Shown piece by piece: positions 61,944 through 64,000 of a stretch of 64,000 nt of DNA (positions are counted from its first letter, which is position 1; each line of letters opens with the position of its first letter). A program made the translations under genes and the position numbers. Origin of the DNA: Glaucostegus cemiculus (lineage: Eukaryota); contig CDPCPM010000049.1 of the NCBI GenBank assembly GCA_976551045.1, forward strand, positions 5,642,001-5,706,000, read 5' to 3'. The notes below the pieces were generated by a model. The model did not search any database and was not told the origin of the DNA. It saw nothing but the letters and a program-made list of their open reading frames with translations.

Positions 61944-63530
61944 ATAACTGCCTCATCTTCGCTGCGGATGTTGAGTCCCCGTACACTTCCATCCCCCATC
62001 AGGAAGGCCTTAAGACTCTCTGCTTCTTTCTCAACAACCAGTCCCCCTCCACCGCCACGCTCCTCCATCAGGCAGAACTGGTACCCATCCACAACAACTT
62101 CTCTTTCAGCTCCTCCCGCTTTCTCTAGACCAAGGATGTAGCCATGGGCACTTGCATGGGCCCCAGCTATGCCTGCCTTTTCATTGGCTACATGGAACAG
62201 TCCATGTTCCAAACCGACACCAGTAATGCTCCCCAACTCTTTCTCTGCTACATTGACAACTGCATTGAGGTGGCTTGCTGCACCTGTGCTGAACTCCTCA
62301 CTTTTATCAACTTTACTTCCAATTCCACCCTGCCCTCGTTTACTTGGTCCCTCTCTGACACCTCACTCCCCTTTCTGGATCTCTCTGTCTTCATCTCCGG
62401 AGACAGATTAACCCCCATCTTTTACAAACCCATGGACTCTCAGAGTTACCTTGACTACACTTTTTCCCACCCTGTCACTTGCAAGGATGCTATCCCTTTC
62501 TCCCAGTTTCTCTGCCTCCACCACATCTGTTGCTGTGATGAGGCTTTCCACTCCAGGACATCTGAGATGTCCTTTTTCAGTAACTGGGGTTTCCCTTCTA
62601 CCACCATCAATACAGCCCTCAACCGCATCTTCTCCATTTCCCATATGTCTGCCCTCACCCCATCCGCCCCCTCTGACAGTGTTCCCCCTTGTCCTCACCT
62701 GCCTCCGCATCCAACACATCATTGCCCACAACTTCCGCTACCTCCATGGGATCTCATCACCAAGCATATCTTCCCTGTCCACTCGTCTTTCCCCACTGAT
62801 GACCCTCCTGGCACTTATACCTGCAACCGTACAAAGTGCTACACCTGTCCCGACACCACCTCCCTCACCACCATTCAGGGCCCTAGACAGTCCTTCCAAG
62901 TGAGGCAGTGCTAATCCGAGGGTGTCATTTATTGCATCTGGTGAGCCTGGTGCAGCCTCCTCTACATCAGTGACACCTGACGCAGATTGGGTGACTGCTT
63001 CATTGAGCACTTCCGCTCTGTCGACTGCAAAAGCAAGGATCTCCCAGTGGCTGCTTTCTCCACCTTGCCCGCCTGCCCACCCCCCGGCTTTCTTCACCCT
63101 GTCTGCCCGCGCCCCCCCCAGCTTTCTCCACCCCACCCTGTCTCCCCTCATTCCTGTGGCCCCTTCACCCCTTCTCTTTCCACTTCCCCGCCCTCATGAC
63201 CTGCCCATCTATTCCCCACCTCCTTCCCTTTTCTCCATGGTCTACTGTCCTCTCCCACCTGATTCCTCCTCCTCCAACCCTTTGCCTACCTATCACCTCA
63301 CAGCTTCTTACATCACTCCCTATCATCCCCCCTCCCACGCCCACCTACCTTCCCCCTCTCCTCTGGACTCACCTATCCCCTGCCTGCCTTTGCTCCTCCC
63401 CCTCCCCTGACCTTATTCTGGCTTTTGCCATTTTCCTTTCCAGTCCTGATGAAGGGTCTCGACCTGAAATGTTGACTGTTTATTTCCCTCCATAGATGCT
63501 GCCTGACCTGCTGAGTTCCTCCAGCGTTTT
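61944..63530 (+). mobile_element. Penelope-like retroelement (RT + GIY-YIG, decayed) with 3' terminal repeat
   Basis: LIFAADVESPYTSIPHQEG, VAMGTCMGPSYACLF, FLCYIDN, LPFLDL, AIPFSQF, then CNRTKCYTCP, VIYCIW and LGDCFIEHFRSV (GIY-YIG region). Contains frameshifts and stops. Confidence 0.92.
63441..63478 (+). ncRNA. Minimal type I hammerhead ribozyme motif in the PLE 3' repeat
   Basis: Stem I CAGTC/GACTG, core CTGATGA (63446-63452), stem II GGGT-CTCG-ACCT, GAAA (63466-63469), putative cleavage after GTT (63473). Confidence 0.7.
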
Positions 63531-63783
63531 AATTTAATCTATTTTACAGTGTGGTAACAGGCCCTTTCAGCCCAACAAGTCCGCGCCGCCCATTTTCAAC
63601 TCCCAAATTAACCTACCTGTACGTCTTTTTTTTAAGAATGTGGGAGGAAACCGGAGCACCCGGAGGAAACCCACGCAGACACGGGAGAACGTACAAACTC
63701 CTTACAGACAGCAACTGGAATCGAACCCCAATCGCTGGCGCTGTAACAACGCCGCGCTAACTGCTACACTATCGTGCCACCCA
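63531..63783 (-). mobile_element. Near full-length V-SINE (HE1-like) with CR1-type tail
   Basis: Minus strand: A-box region gggtggcacgatagtgtagcagttagc, B-box ggttcgattcc, V core gcgtgggtttcctccgggtgctccggtttcctcccaca, tail ttgggctgaaagggcctgttacc. Confidence 0.9.
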
Positions 63784-63834
63784 CGATATAACCCACAATC
63801 TCATTGTTTGGCTATTCTAATGGTTTTACATATG

Positions 63835-64000
63835 GCCTCATTTCCCATGCTCCCTTTAAACTCACTGACACCCCACACTGCTTTTCAACTCGTTAGAGCC
63901 CTGTGCCCTATGCTCCTTTTAAACCCATTGGGGCCATTTCTAGTGGTCCTTTAAACCTACCAGGGCCTTATTTCCCATGTTCCTTTTAAAGTCAGTGGGT
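63835..64000. repeat. Degenerate ~30 bp minisatellite running off the window
   Basis: About five imperfect units related to cccatgctccttttaaacccattggggccatt. Confidence 0.6.

Noticed and set aside
62144-63495. 256-aa ORF and Pro-rich ORFs as genes
   Set aside because: They are a frameshifted Penelope RT (YIDD changed to YIDN) and translations of its C-rich 3' region.
63700-63783. tRNA gene (A and B boxes on the minus strand)
   Set aside because: It is the tRNA-derived head of a V-SINE, continuous with the SINE core and tail.
63835-64000. Repeat-spacer pattern as a CRISPR array
   Set aside because: Eukaryotic context, degenerate repeats, very short related spacers and no cas genes.

Overview
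Vertebrate genomic DNA, most likely from a cartilaginous fish (inferred from the repeat landscape: HE1/V-SINE-like SINEs, CR1, Penelope-like elements, Deu-SINE-like fragments). It holds the conserved CADPS2-FEZF1 block on the + strand. The last two coding exons of CADPS2 lie at 6559-6663 and 10708-10887. A ~33 kb gene-free interval follows, rich in homeobox-motif non-coding blocks and transposon fossils. A complete four-exon FEZF1 gene spans 44311-47097 (439 aa, eh1 motif plus six C2H2 fingers). The rest is intergenic and repeat-rich. The most notable non-obvious signals are: hammerhead-ribozyme cores in Penelope terminal repeats, several in fold-back pairs; a Kozak-flanked Cys-tailed small ORF or alternative last exon just past the CADPS2 stop; a decayed two-gene Harbinger transposon; a candidate antisense exon upstream of FEZF1; V-SINEs with swapped LINE tails; and two broad CpG-retaining domains. 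Gene and repeat family names come from recalled sequence similarity, not database searches. Repeat boundaries are approximate.
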